A stretch of DNA of 63,312 bases, filler included, from Stramenopiles sp. TOSAG23-3 (lineage: Eukaryota): the NCBI GenBank assembly GCA_900128585.1. It is 10 parts of 10 records of this genome, joined end to end, with 100 filler letters (N's around TTAATTAATTAA, not from the genome) between each part and the next. Parts side by side here need not be neighbours in the genome. Positions count along the whole stretch, not along the records: positions 43,548 to 54,295 come from LT642790.1; positions 54,396 to 56,101 come from LT645513.1; positions 56,202 to 57,905 come from LT645514.1; positions 58,006 to 59,708 come from LT645515.1; 6 more parts are not named here. The stretch is one strand, 5' to 3'. The notes below the pieces were generated by a model. That model worked only from the letters and a program-made list of their open reading frames with translations, searched no databases and was not told the origin of the DNA. Below are positions 47,301 through 58,793 of this stretch, one piece after another; the first letter of the stretch is position 1; each line of letters starts with the position of its first letter. Both the position numbers and the translations under genes were made by a program.

Positions 47301-47548
47301 GCGTTGATAGCGGAGGCTGGAGCCAGAAGTTCGAGGTTCACGTGCTAGAGGTACCCCCGAAAGCGGGAATCGCAGTTCCGAAATCGGACGGCATAGATTT
47401 GCGGGAAGGAAGTGGCGCCGCCGCCGCCACGTCTGGGAACGATGCCTCTGGGGAGGACGCGGGGTCCGGGTCCGGGTCGAAAGAGGATGGCGAAATCCCA
47501 ATCCCCAACATGCTCACCAAAGCGAAGAAAGGTGATATCATGAAGTAA
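44373..47548 (+). CDS. Secreted coiled-coil / EGF-like Cys-rich repeats / fibrinogen-C-like protein; one -1 frame change at ~45425-45430
   Basis: Signal peptide MQRYTVFVCVLCTLLLAVG; EGF-like CxC..G..C repeats continue from ORF 44373 into ORF 45020 at a C6 run; SCRELL..PSGGYWL...CDMTLDGGGWT is the fibrinogen-C N-terminal motif. Confidence 0.8.
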
Positions 47549-48380
47549 GAAGGGGGCGTGGGAGAGAAAAATATGTGTGTGGTGGAATGTCGTGGTTAAT
47601 TCGTGTATCATAAATTAATGATGTAATAAAATATAACAACATCTTAAGAAAATATAAGAAATTTTGCATCTCATCGGCGCAGGTATTTTTTTTCTTCTTT
47701 TGTGCCTCGTATACTATTTATATGTTATACCAGACTTACATACAAATACCATTATGTCAAATAACATATAAATAACAATGAGTTGCTTAAGAAACAAGAT
47801 AGAAGGAGGACGAATGTTGATGCAGCCTGCAAACCCTTCTTTACTTAAGTGGGGGGGGGACCGGTTTCCTCTTATTTACATTATTATGGATGAGGGAATA
47901 TAAACACAGCATTAAACAAGTTGGTAAAAAATGTCTGTGTGTGCTGGCTGTGTGCTGCGCACGCCGAGAGGTGTATTTTATACACCCCCACCACCCCATC
48001 GCGCAAAGTTCAATATTAATACCGGTAAGTTACACTGTCAACTTCGATATAATATGCTCAAATGAGCAGTAGTATTTTGCTCCTTCCCTTCTTCTGATTA
48101 CACCAACAACAAAATCATATGGACTCACAAAGCTAGACCAATTTTCATCAGATTATTTCAAATACTGCACCTGTTGTTGAAATCGGAGATAAGGTCACTT
48201 GCGTTAGTGTTCATTGCTCTAGACGATACAGGTTGGCTGTTTTTTAGTCACAAAGCACGAACAGTCCTCGTGGTTTTAAACTTGTGCCTTGGTTTCGTTG
48301 TTAGCACGTAGGCCCGAAGACTATATCGTTCCGTCCGGTTCTTCTTCACCGAACGATAGAATTCGTCGTGGAATTACAGA

Positions 48381-51300
48381 ATGGCCCGCAGAAAGTTCAT
48401 ATTAGCCCCGTTGTCCCCCTCGCTCCTCGTTCTATACATTGTCTCCGTTTTCGTCGTTTGTTCCGACGGCCACTCCTTTCGTAACAGTAAAGGAAACGGT
48501 GCACCTCGAGAACTTGAAGGGCTGGACCCAGGGACGCTCCAAAACGCGCTTGTCAGCCCGTTTCGAGACCCGTATCAACAAGATCCGTATCAACAAGGCT
48601 ACGCATCTAAAAAAGGCCAGGCAGTTTGCTCGTGCAGCAAGCAGCAAACATTGCTGCGAAGTCAAGGGCCAGGGGACTGGAACTTGTTAGGCTTCATTGA
48701 AGTGGGCGGAGACTGTAAAGATGTCAAATGCATACTGGGTAAACTCAAGAAAATTAATCACCCGTGTAACGCCGTGGTTAATCAAATCGTATCTGTTAAT
48801 GCGCCGGATGCAACCAGCCTGAAAGAAATCTTTAAGAGCATGGAAGCCGTGAACACACTTGTCGAAAACGTCGAGAATTGTAATGATAATATCGGCAAGT
48901 TAACTGGTCTTGAAGAGGGGGAAAAAACTACTTTTGGTAGTTACATTGTCAAAATTAAAGAGTCAAAACTATACAAAACAGCGTTCAATGTAAAGGCAGC
49001 AATCGAAAAATGCTCGTTTAAGAACACAATGGAGGACGGTGAGGTCACAGGGTTTTTGGCCGAATTGCAAGGCTGCTTAAAGGCGTTGGAAACGTTATCG
49101 ACGCCCACAGAGGACACAGAGAGTCCTGGCTTCTTGAACGACAAGATTAAAAAAATGGTTGAGGGCATCACTGGGATCAACGGTGCGATAGATATCGTCT
49201 TCATGTGCACGGACATCGATTCTTTGGAAACGGCTACACATTGCGTTAATAAAATAGAGAAAGACTTTATGACAGTTAAAACGGAACTGTGCAAATATAT
49301 GGAAACAAGTTGCAAAAAGATTGAAAAAATGAAAGTTTTTCGACTCAAAGCGGTGGCAAGAAAGGAATTTGGAAAACAGATAACAAGCAAACTTCTAAAA
49401 GGATTAGGCGCAGTAGTGAAATTGACCAAAACGGCGTTCAGTATGTATGAAAAATTTACCAAGTCACAGATGAAATTTTACAAGGAGGCCAAATGCATGT
49501 GCGACCCTGGTGCAGTGGCTTATGGAACGCCTGCGTGTTCGGGGGACACGGTGATGGTACAAGTAGAAGGAAAAGAAGTTGAAGCCCCAAAGCTTGAAAC
49601 CCAACAAGAGTGCGCCGAGAAGCATGTAACCGCACACCTTGAAAAACTCGGTCCAGAGTGGATAAAAAACTTCGCTGACGCCGGGTTTCAACTGCTCTGT
49701 AAATCTGCCGCAAGTGCAACTGGCCTTGGCAGTTTCGCTGGAGTGGTTGTCTGCGATGCTGCGGTAGGTGAAGCCAATAAGATCGTGGCTGCGTTCTTAA
49801 CGCCAGAACACGAGGATTCTGACATGAACGTATTTCTAAAGGAGTTACGAACTTGGATGCCTGATTTTGTTGTCGGCAACACTTTCGAAGGTCTTATACG
49901 CAACAAGAAGACTATGAGGAGGGACTTTCACCAAATGGTCTGCGTGTGTGCTCCAGAGAGTGACCCACATAGTTCAAAGCGAATGCTCAAAGAACACAAA
50001 ATAGGCGGTAGCCGGGTTGTTAGCACATCGTTTGGGTGTAAGGGTTTGAATGAACCTAATAAACAAAAACTGGCAACGTTATACGACCAACTAAGGCCAA
50101 ACGACCCACCATTTTGCGAGATAACTTACGACGATGATGGGAATGAGAATACACGAAAAGAATGGCACGACAACGAGGATTTTGAAGAGATACAGAAAAA
50201 AATGGAAGAGATTCTGTCGAAAAAAACTGGCTGCTGGCCGTGTCGGCAGTTTAAGAACAAGAATGAAGTGGTAGAAGACATGAAGAGAAATGAGGAATTG
50301 CTGAAGGTAAAAAGTGACGACGAAGATGCGCTGGAACAACCAGACAAGGCTGACAAGGCTAACATCGAAAAAGAATGGGACTGTGATGAGACCATAGCTG
50401 ACGATGACTCTGACATGGTACCGAAGTTTAGCAAAGATGTAATAGTAAATCCGAACGACCCAGAATCCCAGCAAAAAACCCAGTACGAGGAGTGCGAGGA
50501 GCATAACAAGAAAGTAGCCGACCACATGGAAGACAAAAAAATTACTGATTCAGCAAACATGTGGGACTGTGAGAAATCATATGAAGACTACGGAATCGAT
50601 CCCAAGGAGGGAACAAAGCTCTTTTCAACGAAAAGGTTTGATAAAAAGAATTTTATGAGTTGGAATTCCAGTCAGCGACAGAGCTATAAGTTTATCAGTT
50701 TTTTGGGGTCAAGTAATTACAGAAGGCTTCCAACCAAAAGCGGTCGACACAACCCTTTTGAAACCAATACTGGATGAATTAGGTATAGGCGGCCTAAACG
50801 ACTATAAAGAAGGGAAAAAAAAAGCAGGAAAAAATATCTTTGCATATGTGTGGAAGGTCTATTGCCGCTACCGTAACCAGCATTCTACTAAAGATGAGGA
50901 CACGAGGAACCAAAAAACTGCGCGTATGAGGGAAAACGCGTTAAATAAAAAGTTGAAAGAAGAAGCGGACAAGGCTGCAAGCAAAGAAAAACACACCGAA
51001 CAAGATTGTGATAAAACCAAAACTGAAGTGGACAAAGATGGTGCAACCACCCGTGGACCGAAATACCCGAAAGATGATGCAAAACACAATACAAAGTTTT
51101 GTAAAGGAGGGATTCACGAAAACTTGGTAACTGAAAATAAGGAACGGGTTGAGGCTAATCAACCGATTGAGACGTACATCCAAGAAAATCATTTTGAACG
51201 AGATGATACTGGCAACTATATCGTAGCGTCGGCCAGCAAAGATAATGCAGCAAAACGCTCATGCCCAGGGTTTACCTCGTACGAAGACTGCAAAAATAAC

Positions 51301-51746
51301 AATTTAAGAATAAAGAAAACAAAAAGGAGAGAAAACGACTTGAGCAAAACATCAAAGAGCAAGAAGATGAGAGTAGCTGTATAACGTTCATGGACGAGTG
51401 TATTGTTTCAGAATGTGCACGTAATGGCGCTTTATGTGGAAGGTATCCAAAGCTGGAGGACCATTACAGATGCTTTCTTCCCAGTGAACAGGGGGACAAT
51501 AACTACATTAGCAAAAAGTGCTTTGACTATATAAAAAAAACAAAGAAATTTAAACTTGATAAAGGCGTTTGTGAGCGTACGAGTACGACCACATCAACAT
51601 GTAGTGCTGATGATGAATGTCAATCGAAGGAAGGAGATGAAAAGTGTCAAGGGGACTGTGTTTGTGACGAAAGCGGAGTAAATGAGTGCGAATGCCATAA
51701 AAATTTGGTTGAATTTAAAGAAAAGGTTTATGGAGCATTGAAGTAG
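48381..51746 (+). CDS. Large secreted Cys-containing protein of unknown function, split into three ORFs
   Basis: Signal peptide; ORFs 48381, 50758 and 51390 abut in changing frames, with the downstream frames open upstream of their annotated starts (to ~50659 and ~51300); QFKNK recurs in segments 1 and 3. Confidence 0.55.
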
Positions 51747-51874
51747 AGTTGGATAAAACAACAGAGAGCGAGGGTGGAGTGGAGAAGAGACCCGAGGATT
51801 CTCCCACTTCCCCCCCGGGTTTTGGAAAGAGAACCCCTGGAAAATCCCGTAAACAAGATGTTAATGAGGAAGCT

Positions 51875-51917
51875 AAATTTAATTACTTTTAAATAACAGC
51901 CAATTTTCTTGCTTTTT
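51875..51917 (-). promoter_or_regulatory. Conserved gene-tail element, copy 5 (extended form)
   Basis: aaatttaattacttttaaataacagccaattttcttgcttttt, between convergent stops at 51746 and 52158. Confidence 0.55.
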
Positions 51918-52157
51918 AAAGAAAGGAGGAAGCGGGGGGAAGCAGAGCCGGGCTGGGCCAAAAGACAGGCTGAAGAAAGAGGGAAGAGTAGGGAGTGGCT
52001 ATAGGAGGGCAACGCCGGGATCTTCGGATTCTGGCAATTTGAACTTGAATAAAAACCTCTCTTCTTTTAACATTGCAGAGTCTAAAACATACTAAGAATT
52101 CACTACTAGCACACCTAATTTTAAACTTTTAACCTAACTTTTGTAATAATCTCTGTT

Positions 52158-54162
52158 TTAAGCACAGTCATACAAACCTTTAAATTTACTTTTCAAAGAC
52201 GATACGTGTAATGGTTTGATGTCCTTCAACAGATCTCCTTTCCAATCCAAATGAGGAAACATGTCGATGAAATGGCTCATGAGTTCCCTCACATCTTCAT
52301 CGTCAAAGGCACTGTAATCATTTACTTCAATTTCAAACTTTTGAAAGGCTTCAAGAGTCTTATTTCCATCTTGGCAAAATCTGCAACTTTCGCAAACGCA
52401 TTTTCGGTAACACTGATCGCTGACAAATTGTTTTTTGTCTTCCTCTTCTCGTCTTGTCGTTTCTTGTTCTTTCTTGTGCACTTCCCACAAGAAGAAAATC
52501 TTGGATAACAGCCAATTTTTTGTGCTCTTTCTTTCCTCCGGCATGCACTTCTTGCGCTTTTTCTGCTTTTTCTTATTATTATTCTCTCCGTATTTCTTTG
52601 CCATAAAGCTTTGCCACAATGGCACTATCGCTTGGATGACAAAATGGCGAGGGTGCTTGGGCCGGGTGATCACGTAACGCCATTCTTCCGTAAACGTAAA
52701 GTATCCCTGAAGGACAAACATTGGGATCAGAACGAAAATACACAGATTAATCGAGACTTCCTCGATTCCCCACCCCCCGAAATACTGTGCAAGGGAAACG
52801 GCTTCATCCTTGTTTGTAAAATAACCAAATTCTAGTCCTTTTACGGCATAGAGGTTTGGTAAAAGCGCTTGCATGACTCGGACCATTGAAAGTATCCAGT
52901 AAAAGATTCCAGTCAAAAGTCCGATGAACATGATAATTAATGGTGGAAGACCAAACACCCAAAATATTCTCATGATGTCCTCTCCCATGGACCTGCTGCC
53001 AGAGAAAATAAGAAGAAGGTACCAGACAGCAGCTGCCATGAACACAAGAACAAGAAGTGCCATGCTCATGGCACTGAACCGGTTGATGGCTAGACTAGGC
53101 AACTCGGTGCCGCCGGTAATCGCATCAGGCCATAGATAAAATTGCAACGATTTGTCGCCCAAATCAATAATGGGTTGGCCGATGAAGTCTTTCTGTAGCT
53201 TTTCTATCTCGCTTCTGTACTCCAAAAAAATGCCCTTCTCAAGCAGCCCCGTTTCCGTCAAGTTTCCAAAGTAACCCCCGGCGGCCATTTGGATGCAGGT
53301 GCCTTTATGTCCCCATCCCTGTTGGCAACTAAACGAATCCGCCTTGACGTACTTCTCTTCATCGACGACAGTTGCGGAAGCTGCTACGAACGCAAGGAAG
53401 AGAGCACTGACCAAAANNNNNNTCCGCCTTGACGTACTTCTCTTCATCGACGACAGTTGCGGAAGCTGCTACGAACGCAAGGAAGAGAGCACTGACCAAA
53501 AGAACGGTTTGTATTACATTTGTGGCCCCATCGTAATCAATAGCAAGCCCGATGTGCACCCTTCCTATTATGTCTCCTATCTTTGTCCCTTCTTTCCCCC
53601 TGCACCTACGCGCACAAGGACACATTCCTAGTTGTGGAATAACTTTTATTCCAACGTACCACACTGCATCCCAAAACCGAGTGAGGCAGTCGTATTTCGC
53701 AAGGCGTTCACAACAGAAATACTCTTCTTTTTTCGCTTCTTTGCCGCTGCATTCGCAAAACCGAGCGAGGCAGTCGTTTTTCGCAAGGCGTTCACAACAG
53801 GAATGCTCTTCTTTTTTCGCTCCTTTGCCGCTGAATTCCTGCGGTCCTTCAGCATTTTCATTGCTCATGGTTACACGTACCATCTCCACGCTTGCATCCT
53901 CGTCAACGTCGTCGCGGTTTTCACCATCATTTGCATCTTCGGTCTGTATGTTTGGGTGCTCGTTCATTTCATAACACAGTTTGCAAACGCACACCGAAGT
54001 GTATTTGTGCACGAACCGATGAGGGTTAATCGTGGATCGACTGATGGAATACTCCTTGTGATCACTGACGGTTCCACGAGCAGGATTACTGGTTGCAGAT
54101 TTCGTTCCCTTTTCCGCCTTCTTTGGGGGCGGTCCCTTTTCTGCCTTCTTTGCTTTCTTCAT
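52158..54162 (-). CDS. Multi-pass membrane protein of unknown function, interrupted by a scaffold gap with duplicated flanks
   Basis: ORFs 53359-54162 and 52158-53447 share LVSALFLAFVAASATVVDEEKYVKA because ~79 nt are duplicated on both sides of the 5-N gap at 53417-53421; several transmembrane segments. Confidence 0.6.
53673..53833 (-). repeat. Two-copy 84-nt coding tandem repeat (SGKxAKKEExxCCERLAKxDCLxRF)
   Basis: aaaaccgag(t/c)gaggcagtcgt...ctttgccgctg at 53673 and 53757; copies diverged, so not a gap artefact. Confidence 0.85.
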
Positions 54163-55125
54163 GTTTTTTTGTTAGATTCTGAGAGTGTTTAGGCAATCGT
54201 TTTGCATTCGTTTGTCTTTCTTTATTCTTAAATTGTTATTTTTGCAGTCTTCGTACGAGGTAAACCCTGGGCATGAGCGTTTTGCTGCATTATCTNNNNN
54301 NNNNNNNNNNNNNNNNNNNNNNNNNNNNNNNNNNNNNNNTTAATTAATTAANNNNNNNNNNNNNNNNNNNNNNNNNNNNNNNNNNNNNNNNNNNNGTTGC
54401 TGTACCTAATTTTTCCATTAATTTGAAACCGTTATGTCTAAAATTAGATCATCAGAAAATTAAATAAATCCGGTACAGAGGTTTTTATAATTAAGGTGAT
54501 ATTGCTCTAAATAAATATTTGATCATTTTATCATATCTAATGTTATGTTAGTATCCTTTTGAAAATACTACCGGTACTTGTTTAGTTCTGGTGTACAGTA
54601 TTTATCCTATCAAAGATTATTCGAGGGTTAGCTAAAGAGAATACTATTTAGTATTTATTATTCATATTATTATTCCCTCATAAAGAGTTTTGTATCCTTA
54701 GATATTTATAACGAGATAATTTTTTTAAATAGCTTATGGTATTCTTATGTAGTTATTTATAGATGCGATTGCCTCTTTTCTTCTACTTTTTTCCTTATTG
54801 TCATAGTATAAGCTTTAAAAAAAAATGCCTCTTTATATAATAAATAATGATCAATCGAAATATTAATGACCTAAGGGTTTTACATATACATCATACATGC
54901 ATTGCTGGCAATTCATGATGGGCATTACTTGATTGGGAGACGATTGAAAAACCAGACGAATAATAGTTCCTTCGTAATTTTAAATGAAACACAACTAAAA
55001 AAAGAACGAATTCCATTGTTTGTCCTTCTGCATTATTGTTGCTGCAAAACAACCCGGGCGAAAGCAAATCTCGCCTCTCCCTCCGAACGACATCGAAACG
55101 AAGCATACATACAAGGCTTTTAATT

Positions 55126-55818
55126 ATGGCCGGAAAAACTGAGACGGAAGAAAGTGGTTATCACTTTTCATTCAAGATAGCAATCTGCGGGGATACTGGG
55201 GTCGGAAAAACCACACTTCTGGACGGGGAAGGAACGTCAACGTACGCCCGTGCGTCCGGTGATACTACGGTTGGGATTAATTTTCGCGTAAAATTTTATG
55301 AGGTCGAGGGGAAGACTTACCGTGTTCAATTCTGGGATTGCCCGGGCGCAGAGAGGTACATGAAGCTCACTTCTCGATACTGTGCCGGTTCGGCCGGGGC
55401 AATTCTTGTGTTCGACATCAACAACCGTGCGACGTTTGAACACCTGGAGGAATGGATCAGGCAAGTAGAAAAGAATGGGCCCGTCCTCAAAGTGTTGGTC
55501 GGAAATAAGGTGGACGACAATAGCCGTTCGGGCCGCGAAATAACTACCCAGGAAGCGGAAGCCTTTGCTGACAAACATGGAATGGACTACTTTGAGACCG
55601 CTGCACTGACAGGAATGCGAGTGAACCACGTATTCCAGGATATTTTCACCCAAGTCGTGGAGAGCATGCCGAAGCCGCCGGAACCCTCCCTCTTATTGAA
55701 AAAGGGCATAAAGTTGGGCAAAAAAATGTTAACGAACAGAAAATTCCGGCAGTCGTTGTTTTTAGCGAGCCAGAAAGCTGCTGGAAAGGGAAAGTTTGGC
55801 ACCACGGAATACATGTGA
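55126..55818 (+). CDS. Atypical Rab-like small GTPase
   Basis: GDTGVGKTT, TVGINF, WDCPGAERY, LVGNKVD, FETAA; no C-terminal cysteines. Confidence 0.88.
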   Translation: MAGKTETEESGYHFSFKIAICGDTGVGKTTLLDGEGTSTYARASGDTTVGINFRVKFYEVEGKTYRVQFWDCPGAERYMKLTSRYCAGSAGAILVFDINNRATFEHLEEWIRQVEKNGPVLKVLVGNKVDDNSRSGREITTQEAEAFADKHGMDYFETAALTGMRVNHVFQDIFTQVVESMPKPPEPSLLLKKGIKLGKKMLTNRKFRQSLFLASQKAAGKGKFGTTEYM

Positions 55819-55935
55819 GAAGACGCGACAGATTGAAAAAAGATAGCCCATATTCTTGGCACTTAAAAACAAACCAAAACACAGAAGGAGGCGAAAATAA
55901 AGAATTTGCTGGGATTTTAAAGTTCTTATTTTTTT

Positions 55936-55960
55936 AAACACAAGAAAATTGGCTGTTATT
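55936..55960 (+). promoter_or_regulatory. Conserved gene-tail element, copy 6
   Basis: aaacacaagaaaattggctgttatt, ~120 nt after the Rab-like stop. Confidence 0.55.
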
Positions 55961-56355
55961 AAATATTAAAATATTTTTTTAAAAATTACCAATTCATCTA
56001 TTAATTAAATTAATTAAAGTAGTTTACATAGCAGACAACGAGCACCTCTAAAACAATTACGCCGCTGCTTTGAAAATCTCACAGGGAATGAGTCATCTAT
56101 GNNNNNNNNNNNNNNNNNNNNNNNNNNNNNNNNNNNNNNNNNNNNTTAATTAATTAANNNNNNNNNNNNNNNNNNNNNNNNNNNNNNNNNNNNNNNNNNN
56201 NGTAATTAAACACCCATCGTCTGAAGATATTATTCTAATCAACGAAGGAATGAATGAACGAGTAAACGAACGAAAGAATGAATGGTGAAATAACAGAAAG
56301 AAAGGCAGAGAGAATTAAATTATACAACATTGACTGTTAATTTTTTAGTCAAACG

Positions 56356-57726
56356 ATGTTTAGTATGAAACGTTGTCTTGCAGCATCTGCCTTGCTTTCG
56401 GTGGCATCCAGTGTCGCCGCGGCACCGTTGGCCGCACGGACACAGCAGCCACATTCTTTGTGCACCCGCCCTGCAGTGTTTTACCATGACTGTGGTTTTA
56501 AGACTGTGGCAGAGTCGGTCTCGGTTGCCTCAGGAGCAACTTTGAAATCGCTGAAGTCTGCCCCCAAGGCAGTGGAAGTCCCCAAAGGCTGCAAAGTACT
56601 TGTGTACTCAAAGTCGTCGTTCGCGTTTACGTCCTCTCACCCATCGCACGCCGTTTCCATCAAGGGTCCGCGAAAGGTATGCCTTGAGGGAAAATTGAAG
56701 CCCGTCGCGATGGAAATTAACCACGACATCGATGCGGAGCACCTGTTCAACGAGATCGAGCAGAACAGGGCGGAAGTGTCTAGTTTAAAGGCGGACCTTT
56801 CCACAGTCATGAAAAAACTTGAAGACGGAAGTTTGCGGGGTGCTAAGGGCGAACAGGGTATAGCTGGAGCCCAAGGCGCAACGGGAGCCCAAGGGTTGCC
56901 AGGGAAAAATGGCATTGGTATGCCCGGAAAACCAGGCATCAATGGAAAAGACGGGAAGGATGGGAAAGATGGAAGTCCCGGGAAAGATGGCAAAGACATG
57001 AAATCGGAGAAAGTTGTGGAAAAGCCAAAAGTTGTGGAAAAGCCAAAAGTTGTGGAAAAGCCAAAAGAGCCTTCCATTTATTTTAGTCGTGAAAGTGGGT
57101 GTACGTATTCCCAGGACCCTTGCGTTTGTAAGCAGCGGTGTCCTCTTGGAATGACCCGGTACGGGGACGGCAGTGCATGTAGCGGCAGCGGAAAACAAAA
57201 CTGTGACCTTGGCTGGTGCCACAATAACCCAAACCGATTGCCCAAATGCCATACACTTCCAGGGCAGCTCAAGCCACAATATTCTTCGTGGGAAAGCGGT
57301 TGCCGTTATAACCATGGAGACAACGGCTGCGTTTGCAAGCAGCGGTGCCCGCCTGGAATGGTACGGTACGGAGATGGTAGTGCGTGCACCGGTAATGGAA
57401 AGCGTTGTGATTTTGGGTGGTGCCATAACAACCCCAACCGTGGAATCCCCCAATGCCATGTTTTGAGCCACGAACTCAAAGCGTACAAGTTCGGGAAACC
57501 AAACGAGAATCTCAAGCCACGATATTCTTCCTGGGAAAGCGGTTGCCGTTATAACCATGGAGACAACGGCTGCGTTTGCAAGCAGCGGTGCCCGGCCGGT
57601 ATGAAGCGGTACGGAGATGGAAGTGCATGCACAGGTGGGGGAAAGCGTTGCGATTTTGGGTGGTGCCATAACAACCCAAACGGAGGAATGCCCAAATGCC
57701 ATACACTTCCGGGGCAGCCGTTATAG
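56356..57726 (+). CDS. Secreted protein: crystallin-like region, coiled coil, short collagen, three 8-Cys repeats
   Basis: Signal peptide; AVEVPKGCKVLVYSKSSF is beta/gamma-crystallin-like; Gly-X-Y run GAKGEQGIAGAQGATGAQGLPGKNG; (KVVEKP)x3; three ESGC..CVCKQRCP.GM.RYGDGSAC..CD.GWCHNNPN..CH repeats. Confidence 0.75.
   Translation: MFSMKRCLAASALLSVASSVAAAPLAARTQQPHSLCTRPAVFYHDCGFKTVAESVSVASGATLKSLKSAPKAVEVPKGCKVLVYSKSSFAFTSSHPSHAVSIKGPRKVCLEGKLKPVAMEINHDIDAEHLFNEIEQNRAEVSSLKADLSTVMKKLEDGSLRGAKGEQGIAGAQGATGAQGLPGKNGIGMPGKPGINGKDGKDGKDGSPGKDGKDMKSEKVVEKPKVVEKPKVVEKPKEPSIYFSRESGCTYSQDPCVCKQRCPLGMTRYGDGSACSGSGKQNCDLGWCHNNPNRLPKCHTLPGQLKPQYSSWESGCRYNHGDNGCVCKQRCPPGMVRYGDGSACTGNGKRCDFGWCHNNPNRGIPQCHVLSHELKAYKFGKPNENLKPRYSSWESGCRYNHGDNGCVCKQRCPAGMKRYGDGSACTGGGKRCDFGWCHNNPNGGMPKCHTLPGQPL
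57268..57716 (+). repeat. Near-identical coding repeats (Cys-rich units 2 and 3)
   Basis: ctcaagccac(a/g)atattcttc(g/c)tgggaaagcggttgccgttataaccatggagacaacggctgc at 57268 and 57511. Confidence 0.9.
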
Positions 57727-57750
57727 CCGGATAGTTTATATAATCAAGAA

Positions 57751-57797
57751 AAAAACAAGAAAATTGGCTGTTATTTATAGACTAAGTAATTAAATTT
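57751..57797 (+). promoter_or_regulatory. Conserved gene-tail element, copy 7 (extended form)
   Basis: aaaaacaagaaaattggctgttatttatagactaagtaattaaattt, ~25 nt after the stop at 57726. Confidence 0.55.
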
Positions 57798-58447
57798 AGC
57801 GTCCTCATACCCTAATCCTAACTTGATTCTGTAGTTTTGTTTCATTGTTGGTTGTCAATCACCGAGGGGATGATATATTTTCCAATGAACGATTTGATTC
57901 CATTTNNNNNNNNNNNNNNNNNNNNNNNNNNNNNNNNNNNNNNNNNNNNTTAATTAATTAANNNNNNNNNNNNNNNNNNNNNNNNNNNNNNNNNNNNNNN
58001 NNNNNAGTTTATTGGTATAATAAGCTAGGGCCCGAAAGGATCCTCGATGGCTTCAGCCAACGTTGTCCTCTTTCGGAGTGCGGAGTGCGGACCTGTGTGT
58101 TCGCAACAAATCCTTAAGGCGGTGCCAAATAAATTTCTCAAATAAAATCTCCTGATGCGTAGTTTCAGCACATTTTTCGGAGAGGAGAAGAGGAAGAGGC
58201 AGGCGGAGCGCGGCTCGCCTCAGGATGCTAGACGCCTGCTGCTGCTCTGCACCTCTGCTGCTCTTATGATGATGTGCGTGGAAGAGGATCAGAAGGAGGC
58301 GACGGATGGGTCCATGGATGGATGGGTTGACGTGTGTTCCCATGGGGCTGGAGCGGCAGTGTGCGGGTCCTAAACGGATGCCCCGCTTTGCAATCGAACG
58401 TTTCCAACTCGTTTCTCTCGGATCGTTCGTACCCGATACGTCAAATA

Positions 58448-58726
58448 ATGCGTGCCACGACCATTGCCTTCGTGCTCGCTGCGGCAGTGATGGCTGCAGT
58501 CGTGCCTACCAGCGGAGCGTTCTTTCCTCCGACTTCGATTCCTTCTTTTCAGACTTGCGGACAATTGTTGGACTTCGTTGAATCAACAACAACGACTTCA
58601 AGACAGTGTCTGGCAATGTCTGTGCAACCTTGCTGCGGCCGATGTGTGAAAGCACCCAAGGGCGCTGATTGCAAACAATGTATACAGGAGAGTACTCAGC
58701 GGAATATGATGAAGCTGATGTACTAA
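58448..58726 (+). CDS. Small secreted cysteine-rich protein (92 aa)
   Basis: ATG 58448 gives signal peptide MRATTIAFVLAAAVMAAVVPTSG, followed by seven Cys (C..C..CCxxC..CxxC). Confidence 0.55.
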   Translation: MRATTIAFVLAAAVMAAVVPTSGAFFPPTSIPSFQTCGQLLDFVESTTTTSRQCLAMSVQPCCGRCVKAPKGADCKQCIQESTQRNMMKLMY

Positions 58727-58793
58727 TTATGGTAGTCTAATTATACCACGCAATCTATTCGGTTTTGATGTTTTGATGAACGCAGGAGTTGGC

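Noticed and set aside
53338-53500. Direct repeat of ~79 nt around a 5-N gap
   Set aside because: Identical overlap either side of a scaffold gap; assembly artefact
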